A stretch of 64,000 nt of DNA. Origin: the human T2T-CHM13v2.0 reference genome, Homo sapiens. Under the pieces are notes generated by a model. That model worked only from the letters and a program-made list of their open reading frames with translations, was not told the DNA's origin and searched no databases. Positions 28,781-48,060 of the stretch are shown piece after piece. A program made the translations under genes and the position numbers. Position 1 is the stretch's first letter. Every line of letters starts with the position of its first letter. The stretch lies in the NCBI RefSeq assembly GCF_009914755.1, contig NC_060947.1. One strand, written 5' to 3'.

Positions 28781-30139
28781 TGAAAAAGTAAAATATTTCC
28801 AGTAAGCATTTGTTATGTGCCAGGCAGTCTGTTAGCTGTTTCACGGATGTCATCACTTTGAAACTAATCAACTCTCCTGTGATTTTAATATTATCATGGT
28901 TTCAGTTTGTCTCTCTTGTGGTATCTAGCACAGAGCTGGAGGAACTCATTGAATGATATGGCTGGATAGGCAAGAGGTGGTGAATAAGAGGTTCAGTGTT
29001 CTCTGGGCACAGTGAGAAGGCCTGGCAAGGGCAGTGCCCGCCATATGGGCGCCACAAGCAGGCTACAGAAAGGGTTCTTCTTCAAACTGATATTCTTTAA
29101 ATATTTGTTCAGCATTTATTTGGCAGGAGAAAGGAAAAACCAATTTTTTTTTAATAAAAATTGCATACCTTTCTGGATGTTCAAAATAAGGAACATATTA
29201 TATGCACCAAACTTAGCATAATATTTTAACTTATTTGGAATTGCCTTTCATTTCATGGTTTTTCCATTTCTTGTAATTGGAGTGTGTTAGTCACTCACAC
29301 TCACTAAGGGGAAAAGTAACTAACTGCCCATGGATAGAGACAGGAAGTCTTGTTTAAATATATTTGAAAAGTCTTTTGGCAAAATTATTTCTACTTTTAA
29401 GTAGTTTTTGTTCCCGTTTTAGTTTTTTCCCCCCCTGAACCTAACAACTCCTTAACAGGCACATTAAAATATTTTTATTTTGATAATAAACTGGATGACT
29501 TGTTGTAGACAGCCTTACACTGTGCATTTTTCAGTTTTAGGCTTTGAGAGTAAGGCTACTGCTGACCCTGGCTCCTTCTCCCCAAGTCAACTGGATAGTG
29601 TTAGCCTCAGGGCCTGGGGGGTATGAATGTGCACAATTGCAAAAATATTCCATAAATAGTATGAGCTTGTAAGGGGTTTGTTACTATTGTGTTTATTTCC
29701 ATGTCAGTTAACTTTGGTAGAGAGGATGGGACCAATTTTTGCTTCACCAGTTAGTTGAGAAGTTTCTTATAGAAATCTGAGTTAATTAGCATAGATTTAA
29801 TCCCATGATATTGTTTCCTTTTGTGTAGTGGGAAGCAACTGGCTAACTGGTCCACTACTTAAACTGGCTTGTTATTTGTGTGGGAAAAGGAAAAGGTCAT
29901 TCTTAACCAAGAAGGAGGCTGTTCTTTAGATTTCAAGTCCATGTGCCAAGAATCTGGGGAAAGAGAAAACTTCTGTGCTTGTGCCTGGATCCCATCCTCT
30001 TCTGTTTCTTTAGCTACTTCACCAATTATCCCTTTCTTTTCAGAAGTTTCAACTTACCTTCTATTAGCATTGGAGGATGTTCAATATTTTTCCATTGGAA
30101 AAAGGAAACCCACATCCCTTTGGCTACTTCCCCATAAGC

Positions 30140-31385
30140 CTTCTCCTTCACACAAAACAATTTCTTGAATGAGTTGTTCACACTTACGTTTCCTCACCTT
30201 TTACCCACTCATCAACCCACTGTGATTTGGCTTTTCCCTCTGCCCTCTACTATAATTGCATCTACCACCATCAACCAACTATCTCTTACTTGTTAAATTC
30301 AGTGGCTTTTAGCTGTGTTTTCTCTCTCCTTAATTTGTCACCACATTTATCTCTGTTGACAATTTTCCCCCCGCTAGAAACTTACTCTGGCTTTCAGAAA
30401 CTTCTCTGGTTGCTGGGGTCTGAATGTGTACTCCCTTCCCGCAAATTCATATGTTGAAACCTAACCTCCAAGGTGATGGAATTAAGAGGTATAGCCTTTG
30501 GGAGGTGATTAAATAATGAGGAGACCTCATAAATGGGATTAGTACCTTTATGAAAGAGGCCTGAAGGATCTTGTTTGCCCCTTCCACTGTGTGAGAACAC
30601 AGCTAGAAATCACCATCTATGGGGAATGAGCCCTCACCAGACACTGAAATTGTCAGCAGTTGGATCTTGGACTTCTACACCTTCGGACCTGTAAGAAATA
30701 CGTTTCTGTTATTTATAAGCTATCCAGTTTATGGTATTTTGTTGTAGCAGCCCAAACAGACTAAGACACTGATTCTCCCACTATTCCAATGGGTCTCTTT
30801 CAGTCTTCTTCATGGGCCTTTCTCAGTCTCTTTTATATATTCTTTTCCTTCCTATTCTCTAAATTTGAGTACTTTAAAAAAATTTAGCTCTCAGTTAAAA
30901 AAAATCTCATTTATTCCCCTGGCTTTCCCATGCTGGAGAGGCCACATATAGGAGCTGGCTTCAGTTATCATCTGTATGCTGATGGCTCCTAGATCTTTCC
31001 CTTTTGCTCATTCCTCCCTCTTGAGCTCTAGACATTTATATTTGAAGGCCTCCTGATTATCTGCCCCGGCAGTCTTGCAAGTATCTGAAACTCAACATAT
31101 ATTAAACTCTGCTTATCATCTTCATCCCCCTAGTCCTTCTAAACTTGCTCCTCCTCCTGGCTTTCCCAAGTCAGCAAATAGCCCCTCTGTCTGCTCAGTT
31201 ATCCAAACAGAAACTTGAGCATCAGCCTAGAGTCAGCCCTTTCCTTCGAAGTCTTACGAATTCTCTCTTTTCAACAGATCCATGTTCTAGGTGATGTGGT
31301 AATCTTGCCTCTAGTCATTTTCCCTACAGTAAGATTGATCTTCTTGGAGTCTAGTTCTGATCACATGACTTCCATGCTCAAAAAT
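30140..31385 (+). mobile_element. L2 fragment split by an LTR
   Basis: catcaacccactgtgatttggcttt, tatgctgatggctcctagatct, gaaactcaacatat. Confidence 0.7.
30411..30768 (+). mobile_element. MaLR solo LTR (MLT1A/MST-like)
   Basis: TG...CA termini (tgctgggg / ctaagaca) with 5-bp TSD ctggt/ctgat. Confidence 0.88.
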
Positions 31386-31389
31386 AAGC

Positions 31390-32360
31390 ACTAGATCACA
31401 ATAGAAAAATGGATAAAGAACACAAATAGACAATTCCCAGAAGAAACACAAATGGACTGGGCTGGGCATGGTGGCTCATACCTGTAATCCCAGTGCTTTG
31501 AGAGGCTGAGGCAGGAGGAGTTGGAGCCCAGGAGTTGGAGACCAGGCTGGGCAACATAGTGAGACACCATCTCTGCAAAAAAATTTAAAAAAATTGCCAA
31601 ACATGGTGACATACACCTATCATCCCAGCTACTTGGGAGGCTGAGTCAGGAGGATCTCTTGAGTCCAGGAGTTCAAGTCCATAGTGAGCTATGATTGTGC
31701 CATTGCACTCCAGCCTGGGTGGCAGAGTGAGACCCTGTTTTTAAAAAAAACCCACAAATGGGCAATAAATATCTAAGAAGGGGCTCAATCTCACTTATAA
31801 TAAAAATTAAAGCACCATGATACCAGTCTTCACTTGCCAGATTTGCTAAAACCTAGGGTTAGTGAGGGGAAATGGACACTCATACACAGATGGTGGGAGT
31901 GTAAACTGGCAGAACCTTTTGGAGGCAATTTGGCAGCATGTATCAGAATATTAAGCATGTATACCCTTTGATGCACTTTTAGATTTTATTCTACAGAAAT
32001 ACACAAGTATATATATATACAAAGACATTTATTACATTATTGTTCACAATAAGGAATTGGAAATAATCGAAATATCAACAATGAAATTATTAAATAAGTA
32101 ATGGTATATACAATATATACATAAAAGATTACTAAGCTGCTTTTAAAAATAATAAAGTATCTGTTTAACACGACATGGAAAGATGATGACAATTTATTAA
32201 GCAGAAAGAGAAAGTTTCACAATAGTGTATTAATCTCATTTCTGTAAATAATTATTTTTTGTATATATATAAAAACTTTTGGAAATATAGGTACAAACAT
32301 TAACTGCGGGAGTAGGAGTTACAGGAGTAGGGAGGATGGGGGCTTATACATTCTGTTTTG
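31390..32360 (+). mobile_element. Old L1ME-like 3' fragment containing an AluJ
   Basis: ggtgggagtgtaaactgg, ggaggcaatttggcagcatgtatc. Confidence 0.7.
31459..31750 (+). mobile_element. AluJ-like
   Basis: Diverged dimer flanked by cacaaatgg on both sides. Confidence 0.92.
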
Positions 32361-32365
32361 CGCAA

Positions 32366-32558
<193 letters not shown>

Positions 32559-32809
32559 TGATATGGGGATGGAGTTAGGTGGGAAACAGATCTAGGGATA
32601 TGGATGTTACCTGGTGCCAATTACAATCTGGGAAGTCCACAGAAAGACTGAGGCAACCATTAGCATTGCTAGAGGATGATGCAGATTATAGTGAACCAGG
32701 CACTGGTACAAAGAAGTTAGATTTTTTGGGGTGCTGTTCACTAGCAGAAACATTAAGGCCCCAGGTTTTTTCCACCTTTCCACTTGGCTATTTGAAATAT
32801 GTCTGCCTG

Positions 32810-33670
32810 TTTTATTTATTTATTTGTTTTTATTTTTTGTGGGTACATAGTAGGTGTATATAATAATGGGGTACATGAAATTTGCTGATACAGGCATGCA
32901 ATGTGTAATAATCACATCATGGAAAATGGGGTATCCATCCATTCAAGCATTTATCCTTTGTGTTACAAACAATACAATTATACTCTTTCGGTTATTTTAA
33001 AATGTGCAATTAAATTATTATAGACCATAGTTACCCTGGTGTGCTATCAAATTCTAGATCTTATTCATTCTTTCTATTTTTATTTTGTACCCATTAACCA
33101 CCCCAACTTCTCTCTCACCACCCCCGCACCCCCATTACCCTTCCCAGCTTCTGGTAACCATCCTTATACTCTCTATCCCCGTGGGTTCAGTTGTTTTAAT
33201 TTTTAGCTCCCACAAATAAGTGAGAACATGCAATGTTTGTCTTTCTGTGCCTGACTTATTTCACTTAACATAATGGCCTCCAGTTCCATGTTGTTGCAAA
33301 TGGACTGGTTCTCATTCTTTTTTATGGCCAAATAGTACTCCGTTGTGTATATGTACCACATTTTTCTTTATCCATTCATCTGTTGATGGACACTTAAGCT
33401 GCTTCCAAATCTTGGCTATTATGAACAGTGCTGCAACAGACATGGGAGTGCAGATATCTCTTCCTTATAATGATTTCCTTTTTTTTAAGTACATGCCCAG
33501 CAGCGGGATTGCTGGATCATATGGTAGCTCTATTTTTAGTTTTTAAAGGAACTTCCAAACTGTTATCCATAGTGGTTGTACTAATTTACATTCCCACCAA
33601 TAGCGTGTGAGGTTCCCTTTTCTCCATATCCTCTCCAGCACTTGTTATTGCCTGTCTTTTGGTTAAAAGC
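32810..33670 (-). mobile_element. 5'-truncated L1MA 3' end, same family as the element at 1880
   Basis: Colinear with 1890-2790. Flanked by tgtctgcct on both sides. Confidence 0.88.
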
Positions 33671-33689
33671 CTGTCTGCCTTTTTTGTAG

Positions 33690-34712
<1,023 letters not shown>

Positions 34713-35086
34713 TCATCACATGCACACCAGTTATCTTCCTTGGTGTAAAATGATAGGAACCATGTAAAGAATTATTGTATTCTTATCTGGTTCCTTTTTC
34801 AGCAGTTTCTCTTGTGGCACACATACATTTATACTTTACTTCCCTAATTTCAACATACAAAGCACACAAGGAGATTTTTATTCCACTTTACTTTTAGAGT
34901 GCTTATATTTGACAGAGTGGCACCCTGTCTCTTAAAAAAATTATACCAATTTTAATAGATACGTAGTGATTTGGTTTGGATTTGCATTTCTCTAATGACT
35001 AATAATGTTGAGCATTTTTTCACTTGCTTATTGTTTATTTGTATGTCTTTTTGTTGAGAAATATCTAAGTCCTTTTCTCCTTTTAA

Positions 35087-35431
<345 letters not shown>

Positions 35432-36109
35432 GAGTTGCATGAGTTTTTAAATATTATGAATATTAAACACTTATCAGATATATAATTTATAAATATTTTC
35501 TTCCATTCTGTGAGGTTGTCTTTTCACTTTCTTGGTAATGCCCTTTCATGCATGAAATTTGTAAACTGATGAAATCTAATCTATTTTTTTCTTTTGTTGC
35601 TGTTTCATATGTTTTGGTATATTCTAGAAACCATTGCCAAGTCCAGTGTTAGGAAGATTTACCCATATATATTTTCCTAAGGGTTTTATGGTTTTAACTC
35701 TTACATTTAGGTCATTGATCAATTTTGAGTTAATTTTTGTATATGATGTGAGGTAGGGGGTCTGACTTCATTCTTTTGCATGTGGAAATTCAGTTGTCCC
35801 AGCACCATTTGTTGAAGAGACTGTTCTTACCCTATTTAATGGACTTGTCACCTTTGTCAACAATCAATTGGTCATAGGTGTATGGGTTTGTTTTTGAACT
35901 CTCAATTCTATTCCAATGGTCTATATGTCTATCTTTATACTAGTACCACACTGTTTGGATCACTTTAGTAGTAAGTTTTGAAATCAGGAAGTATGAGTCC
36001 TCCAATGTTGTTGTTCTTTTTTAAGATCATTTTGACTATTAAGGGCCCCTTGCAATTCCATATGAATTTGAAGATTGGCTTTTCCATTTCTGCAAAAAAA
36101 GGATGTTGA

Positions 36110-36409
<300 letters not shown>

Positions 36410-36768
36410 AGGTGTTGAAATTTTGATAGGGATTGTTTTATATCTGTACATCCTTTTGGATAGTATTGATGTATTAACAATATTAAATCTTCCTACCCAT
36501 TAACATGGGACTTGTCTTTTCATTTTTTTCAGGAATGTTTTGTAGTTTTCAGTGTACAAGCCTTTCACATTTTTGGCCAAATTTATTCTTGGTTATTTTA
36601 TTCTTTTAGATGGTGTTGTAAATTGAATTATTTTTTTAATTTCCATTTTGGATTGTTCATTGCAGGTATATAGAAACACAACTAATTTTTTGTATGTTGA
36701 TCTTATACTCTGTAACTTTGCTGAATTTGTTTATATACTCTTGTAGCTTTCTTGTGGATTCTTTGGGA

Positions 36769-37083
36769 TTTTTTTTTTTTCCCTTGAGACAGGGTCTCAC
36801 TCTGTCACCCTGGCTGGACTGCAGTGGCGTGAGCTCAGCTCACTGCAGCCTCGACTTCTCGGGCTCAAGTGATCTTCCTCCCTCAGCCCTCTGAGTAGCC
36901 GGGATCACAGGCATGTGCCACCATGCCTGACTAATTTTTGTAGTTTTTGGAGAGACGGGGTTTTGCAGTGTTGCCCAGGCTGTTCTCAAACTCCTTGGCT
37001 CAAGCAATTCACCCGCCTCGGCCTCCCTAAGTGCTGGGATTATTATCCTGGCTGGGTGCAGGCATAAGCCACTGCATCCAGAC
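36769..37083 (-). mobile_element. AluJ-like
   Basis: Diverged dimer. Confidence 0.92.
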
Positions 37084-37141
37084 AGGATATTCTATATAGA
37101 GGATCATGTCATCTGTGAATAGAGATAGTTTTACATCTTTC

Positions 37142-37956
<815 letters not shown>

Positions 37957-38734
37957 CTTTCCAATTTGGATGCCTTTTATTTATTGTTCTTGTCAGATTG
38001 CTCTGACTAGAACTTCAGTACAACATTGAACAGCAGTGGTGAGAGAGGGCATTCTTGTCTTGTTCCTTATTTTAGGAAGAAAGCTTTCAGTCTCTCACCA
38101 TTGAGTCAGTCTGATGTTAGCTCTGGTTTTGTTTTGTTTTTTTTTTTTTTTAATAAATGCCATTTATCATGTAGAGGAAGCGCTCTTCTATCCCTACTTT
38201 TCTGAGAGTTTTTATCATGATAGGGTGTTGGATTTTGTCAAAGAGCTTTTCTGTATCACTTGGGATGATCATATGTGTTTCTTTGACTTTGTTCTATTAA
38301 TGTAGTGTATTATATTGTTTGATTTTCTTATGTTCAACCTCCCTTGCATTCCTGGGATAAATTCCACTTGGATATGGTGTATAGTCCTTTTAATATGATG
38401 TTGGATTCAGTTTGCTAATATTTTATTGAGTACTTGTGCATATATATTTGTAAGGGATATTGGTCGGTAATATTCTTTTTTTGGGCACAGTAGTATTTAT
38501 TATAGCCTTATTTATAATAGGGGAAAATTGGAAATAACTAAAATATCTAATGGTAGAGAACTATTTAAATTATGGCATGACATCAAAGCCAAAAGTCATA
38601 GTTAATAATATGGATAGATTTGATTATATTACAAAATTTTAAACCACTGTATCAAAATTTTCGGACAATGACAAAGCAGAAAAAGTTTTTATAACATGAC
38701 AAAATATATGTGTATATACATATATGTTTCAACA

Positions 38735-40685
<1,951 letters not shown>

Positions 40686-41058
40686 TTATTATTTTTATTT
40701 CAATAGTTTTTGGGGAACAGGTGGTGTTACAGGTGGGGTTTGGTTACATAGATAAGTTCTTTAGTGGTGATTTCTAAGCTTCTGGTGCACCCATCACCCG
40801 AGCAGTGTACACTGTACCCAATGTGTAGTCTTTTATGCTTCACACCCCTCCCTCCCTTCCCCCTAAGTCCCCAAAGTCCATTGTATCATTCTTATGCCTT
40901 TGTGTCATCATAGCTTAGCTCCCAATTTTAAGTGAGAACATATGATGTTTGGTTTTCCATTCCTGAGTTACTTCACTTAGAATAATGGTCTCCAACTCCG
41001 TCCAGGTTGCTGAAAATGCCATTATTTTGTTCCTTTTTATGGCTGAGTAGTATTCCGT

Positions 41059-41099
<41 letters not shown>
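41059..41099. repeat. (TG)n microsatellite
   Basis: About 20 uninterrupted TG units. Confidence 0.97.
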
Positions 41100-41101
<2 letters not shown>

Positions 41102-41740
41102 TCTTTATTTACTTGTTGATTGATGGGCATTTGGGCTGGTTTCATATTTTTTCAATTGTGAATTGTGCTGATATAAACATGCATGTGCAAGTGCCTTTTC
41201 ATAGAGTGACTTCTTTTCCTCTGGGTGAGATTGCTGGATCAAATGGTAGATCTACTTTTAGTTCTTTAGGGAATCTTGACAATGTTTTCCATGATTGTTG
41301 TACTAGTTTACATTCCTACCAACAGTGTAAAAGTGTTGCCTTTTCAACACATCCATGCCAACATCTATTATTTTTTGATTTTTAAATTATGGTCATTCTT
41401 CCAGGAGTAAAGTGGTATTGCATTGTGGTTTTGATTTGCATTTTCCTGATAATTAGTGACGTTGAGCATTTTTTTTCATATGTTTGTTTGCCATTGGTAT
41501 ATCTTCTTTTGAGAATTGTCTATTCCTGTCCTTAGCCCACTTTTTGGTGGGATTATTTGTTGTTTTTTTTTCCTGCTGATTTGTTTGAATTCCTTGTAAA
41601 TTTTGGATATTAGTTCTTTGTCAGATGCATAGTTTGCAGGTATTTTCTCCCACTATGTGGGTCGTCTGTTTACTCTTTTGCTTATTTCTTTTGCTGTGCA
41701 GAAGTTTTTTTAGTTTAATTAAGTTTCCTCTTCGTTTTTG

Positions 41741-41860
41741 TATTATATAAAACATAATATAATATAATTATAAAATATAATTATATAAAATATAATTATA
41801 ATTAAATATAAAATATAATTATAAAATATAATTTATATATAAAAATTATATATATATAAT
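41741..41860. repeat. AT-only degenerate minisatellite (tataattatataaaa-like units)
   Basis: Directly visible, and located at the ORF2 deletion junction. Confidence 0.9.
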
Positions 41861-43489
41861 TTTTTGCAGCTATTGTAAAAGGGGTTGAGTTCTTGATTTG
41901 ATTCTCAGCTTGGTTACTGTTGGTGTATAGTAGGGCTACTGATTTGTGTATGTTGCTTTTGTATCCTGAAACTTTACTGAATTCATTTATCAGATCTAGA
42001 AGCTTTCTGGAGGAATCTTTAGGGTTTTCTAAGTATAGGATCATATCATCAGTGAACAGTGACAGTTTGACTTCCTTTTTATCAATTTGGATGTCCTTTA
42101 TTTCTTTCTCTTGTCTGATTGCTCTGGCTAGGACTTCAAGTACTATGTTGAATAGAAGTGGTGAAAGTGAGCATCCTTGCCTTGTTCCAGTTCTCAGAGA
42201 GAATGCTTTCAACTTTTCCCCATTCAGTGTAATGTGGGCTGTGGGTTTGTCATAGATGACTTTTATTACACTAAGGTATGTCCCTTGTATGCCGATTGTG
42301 CTGAGGTTTTAATAATAAAGGGATGCTGGATTTTGTCAAATGCTTTTTCTGTGTTTATTGAGATGATCATGTGATTTTTGTTTTTAATTCTCTTTATGTG
42401 TATTACATTTATTGACTTGTATATATTAAACTATCCCTGCATTCCTGGTATAAAACCCACTTGATCATGGTGGATTATCTTTTTGATATGCTGTTGGATT
42501 TGGTTAGCTAGTATTTTGTCAAGAATTTTTGCATCTATGTTCATCAGGGATATTGGTCTGTAGTTTTCTTTTTTGGTTATGTCCTCTCCTGGTTTTGGTA
42601 TTAGGGTGATACTGGCTTCATAGAATGATTTAGGGAGGATTTCCTTTACTCTATCTTTTGCAATAGTTTCAGTAGGATTGGTACCAATTCTTTGACTGTC
42701 TGATCGAATTCAGCTGTGAATGCATTTGGTCCTCTACTTTTTTTTGTTGGCAATTTTTTATTTTCATTTCAATCTCACTGCTTGTTATCAGTCTATTCAG
42801 AGTTTATATTTCTTCCTGGTTTAATCTAGAAGGGTTGTATGTTTCCAGGTATTTATCCATTTCCTCTAAGTTTTCTAGTTTGTGCATGTAAAGGTGTTCA
42901 TAGTAGCCTTGAATGATCTTTTGTATTTTTGTGGTATCAGTTGTAATATCTCCCTTTTCATTTCCAATTGAGCTTATTTGGATCTTCTGTCTTCTTTTCT
43001 CGGTGAATCTCATTAATGGTCTATCAATTTTGTTTATCTTTTCAAAGAACCAGCTTTTTGTTTCATTTATCTTTTGTATTTTTTTGTTAAAATTTTATTT
43101 AGTTCTGCTCTGATCTTTCTTACTTCTTTTCTTCTGCTGGGTTTGGGTTTGGTTTGTTCTTGTTTCTGTAGTTCCTTGAGGTGTGACCTTAGCTTATCTA
43201 TTTGTGCTTTTTCTGACTTTTTGATGTAGGCATTTAATGCTATGAACTTTCCTCTTAGCACCACTTTTGCCATGTCCCAGAGGTTTTGATAGGTTGTGTC
43301 ACTATTATTGTTCAGTTCAAAGAACATTTTAATTTCCATCTTGATTTCATTGTTGACTCAAAGATCATTTAGGAGCAGATTATTTAATTTCCATGTATTT
43401 GCATGGTTTTGAGGGTTCTTTTTGGAGTTGATTTCCAATTTTGTTCCACTGTAGTCTGAGAGAGTACTTGGTATAATTTCGATTTTCTT

Positions 43490-43552
43490 TTGTTTTCTTT
43501 TCTCCTTCTTTCCTTCCTTCCTTCCTTCCTTCCTTCCTTCCTTCCTTCCTTC

Positions 43553-43610
<58 letters not shown>

Positions 43611-43641
43611 CTTTCTTTCCCTTTCTTTCCCTTTCTTTCTT

Positions 43642-43673
<32 letters not shown>

Positions 43674-43976
43674 CTCTCTCTCTCTTTCTTTTTTGAGACA
43701 GAGTGTCACTTTGTCACCCAGGCTGGAGTGCAGGGCACAATATTGGCTCACTGTAACCTCTGCCTCCTGGGTTCAAGTGATTATCCTGCCTCAGCCTCCT
43801 GAGTAGCTGGGATTACAGGCGTCCATCACCACTCCCGGCTAATTTTTATATTTTTAATAGAGATGGGGTTTCACCATGTTAGCCAGGCTGGTCTCTAACT
43901 CCTGACCTCAGGCGATCCACCCGCCTCAGCCTTCTAAAGTGCTGGGATTACAGGCATGAGCCACCTCTCCTAGCCT
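43490..43976 (-). mobile_element. AluS with a ~200 bp (TTCC)n(TTTC)n tail
   Basis: Dimer at 43695-43976. TSD aatttc(g/a)attttctt at 43475 and 43977. Confidence 0.95.
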
Positions 43977-46900
43977 AATTTCAATTTTCTTAAATGTATT
44001 GAGACTTGTTTTGTGGCCTATCATATGGTCTATCTTGGAGAATGTTTCATGTGCTGATGAATAGAATGTGTATTCTAAAGTTGTTGGGTAGAATGTTCTG
44101 TAAATATCTGTTAAATCCATTTGTTCAAGGGTATAGTTAAAGTACATTTTTTCTTTGTTGACTTTCTGTCTTGATGACCTGTCTAGTGCTGTCAGTGGAG
44201 TATCAAAGTCCCTCACTATTACTATGTTGCCATCTATCTCATTTCTTATCTAGTAGTATCTAACAAATACTACTAGGTCTAGTAGTAATTGTTTTATAAA
44301 TTTGGGAGCACTTATATATAAAAGTGCATATATATTTGGGATTGTGATATTTTCCTGTTGGACTAGTCCTTTTATCATTATGTAATGTCCCTCTTTGTCT
44401 TTTTTAACTGTTTTTGCTTTAAAGTCTGTTTTGTCTGATATAAGAATAGCTACTCCTGCTCGCTTTTGGTGTTCTTTTGCATGGAATATCTTTTTCCAAC
44501 CCTTTACCTTAAGTTTATGTGAAACCTTATGTGTTAGGTGAGTCTCTTGAAGACAGCAGGTACTTGATAGGTGAATTCTTATCCATTCTGCCATTCTGTA
44601 TCTTTTAAGTGGAGCATCTAGGCCATTTACATTCAATGTTAGTATTGAGATGTGAGGTACTATTCTATTCATCATGCTGTTGTTGCCCGAATATCTTGTT
44701 TGTTTTTCCATTGTGTTATTGTTTTATAGGCCCTGTGAGATTTATGCTTTAAGGAGGTTCTATTTTTGGTGTATTTTGAGGTTTGGTTTCAAGATTTAGA
44801 ACTCCTTATAGCAGTTCTTGCAGTGCTTGCTTAGTAGTGGCAAATTCTCTCAGCATTTGTTTGTCTGAAAAAGACGTTAGCTTTCCTTCATTTATGAAGC
44901 TTAGTTTCACTGGATACAAAATTTTTGGCTGATAATCGTTTTGTTTAAGGAGGCTAAAAATAGGACCTCAATCCCTTCTAGCTTGTAGGGTTTCTGCTGA
45001 AAAATCTGCTGTTAATCTGATAGGTTTTCCTTTTTTGGTTACCTGATGCTTTTGCCTCACAGCTCTTAAGATTCTTTCCTTCATCTTGACTTTAGATAAC
45101 CTGATGACTGTGTATCTAGGTGATGATCTTTCTGTGATGAATTTCCCAAGTGTTCTTTGAGTCTCTTGTATTTGGATGTCTAGATTTCTAGCAAGGCCAG
45201 GGAAGTTTTCCTTAATTATTCCCCGAAATAAGTTTTCCAAATTTTAGATTTCTCTTCTTCCTCAGGAACACCAATTATTCTTAGTTTTTTTTTTTAACAT
45301 AATTTCAAACTTTTTGGAGGCTTTGTTCTTTTTTGGATTTTTTTTCTTTGTTTTTGTTGGATTGGGTTAATTCAAAAGTCTTCGAGCTGTAAAGTTCTTT
45401 CTTCTACTTGTTCTATTCTATTGTTGAAACTTTTCAGTGTATTCTTCATTTCATCGAATGTGTCTTTCATTTCCAGAAGTTGTGATTTGTTTTTTATTTA
45501 TGCTGTCTATTTCTCTGGAGATTTTCCTTCCATATCCTGTATTATGTTTTTAATTTCTTTAAATCCGTTTTCACTTTTCTCTGGTGCCTCCTTGAGTAGC
45601 TTAATAATCAACCTTCTGAATTATTTTTCTGGCAATTCAGAGATTTCTTCTTGGTTTTGATCCATTGCTGGTAAGCTAGTGCGATCTTTTGGGTGTGTTA
45701 TAGAACCTTGTTTTGTCATATTACCAGAAATGTTTTTCTGGTTTCTTCTCATTTTGGTAGACTATGTCAGAGGGAAGATCGGTGACTCAAGGGCTGCTGT
45801 TCAGATTCTTTAGTCCCATGGGGTGGTCCCTTGATGGAGTGCTTTCCCACTTCTCCTAAGGACGGGGCTTCCTGAGAGCGAGAGTGCAGTGATTGTTATT
45901 GTTCTTCTTCTACTGGGCTCTGGGCTGGTACTCGGGAGTGTCTGCAAAGAGTCCTGTGATGTGATCCATCTTCGGGTCTCTTAGCCACGAATACCAGCAC
46001 CTGCTACAAGTGGAGGAAGCAGGGTAGTGAAGTGGTTGTAGTTTTGTTTAGTGTGCTGTTTTTCTCAAATCCTGTTTATGCTAGCTATGAAGTTGTCACA
46101 TGGGCAGATTCTGGCCCTCTGGTTAGTCAGAATGTTACAGGCAGTGGAATTAAGTATTATTTTCTCCTTCCTTGGAGCAGGGTTGTTCTGTTATGAGTTG
46201 CTTTAACCTTCCACCAGGAGATAGCTTTCAAGAGAGCATCAGCTGTGGTAGTATAGGGAGATACAAGCTTGCCTTAAGGTCACCTGGATAAGTATTCAGG
46301 TTTCTCAGGTGATGGGCAGGGCCATAGAGCACCCATGAGTTTTATGTCTTTTGTCTTCAGCCACCAGGGCTTGTAGAGAAAGACCATCAGGTGGGGGCAG
46401 GGTTAGGCAAGTCTGAGCTCAGATTGTCTTTCAGGGGGACTTGCTGCGGCCAAAGAGAGGGATGGCAGGGGTGGTTCTCAGGCCAATGGAGTTATGTTCC
46501 AAGGGGGGATTATGGCTACCTCTGCTCCTTCATACAGGTTGCCAGGGAAGTGGGGGAAAAGCCAGCAGTGACAGGCCTCACTCAGTTCCCACACAGCCAG
46601 CAAGGCCAGTCTCAGTCCCGCCATGCTCCTCCAACAGCCAACAGAGCTGAATTTGTATCCAGGCCTCTGGTATGCAGGGCTGAGATCTTGCCTCTGGCTG
46701 CAAAGCTTCCAGCTGAGAAAGCAAGCAGGGCTTTCAGGCCTCACTCCTTCCTGCCTTCTGCAGCTGGATAGATAATTCTTGGCTAACAGTTTCAGCATTT
46801 AAAGTATGTCATCTTAGTGTGTTTTGGCCTTCATGATTTCTGGTGCGAAATCAACTGTCAGTTGTATCAAGGATCGTATGTAATGAGTCACTTCTTTCAC

Positions 46901-47171
46901 TGCTTTCAAGATTCTCTTTGTCTTTGTGTTTTAACAGTTTGACTCTAATGTGTCTCAGTGTGTGCCTCTTTGAGAGTATGCTGCTTGGAGTTCATATAGC
47001 TTCTTGGATTTGTAGATTCTTATTTTCCTTCACATTTGGGAAATCCTTGGCCATTATTTCTTCAAATATTATTTTGTTCTCTCTTCTCTTTCTTAGACTC
47101 AAATAATATGTATGTGGGTTAGCTTATGGTGTCCTATGGGTCCCTTAAGCTCTGTTCACTTTTATTCTTTT

Positions 47172-48060
<889 letters not shown>

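Larger units (their letters stand above)
40690..46765 (-). mobile_element. Near full-length L1PB (PB2/3-like) with an internal ORF2 deletion and a truncated 5'UTR
   Basis: Colinear with 21190-27200. Peptides include [34 protein letters not shown] and RLTADFSAETLQARRD. Confidence 0.9.

Noticed and set aside
30928-30960. ~30-bp MLT1-like snippet inside L2, flanked by ctggctt
   Set aside because: Too short to assign an origin reliably by eye.
32579-32863. Protein-like stretch RLRQPLALLEDDADYSEPGT
   Set aside because: No recognisable homologue, weak splice signals, and the ORF runs into an L1 tail. Kept only as a weak exon candidate.
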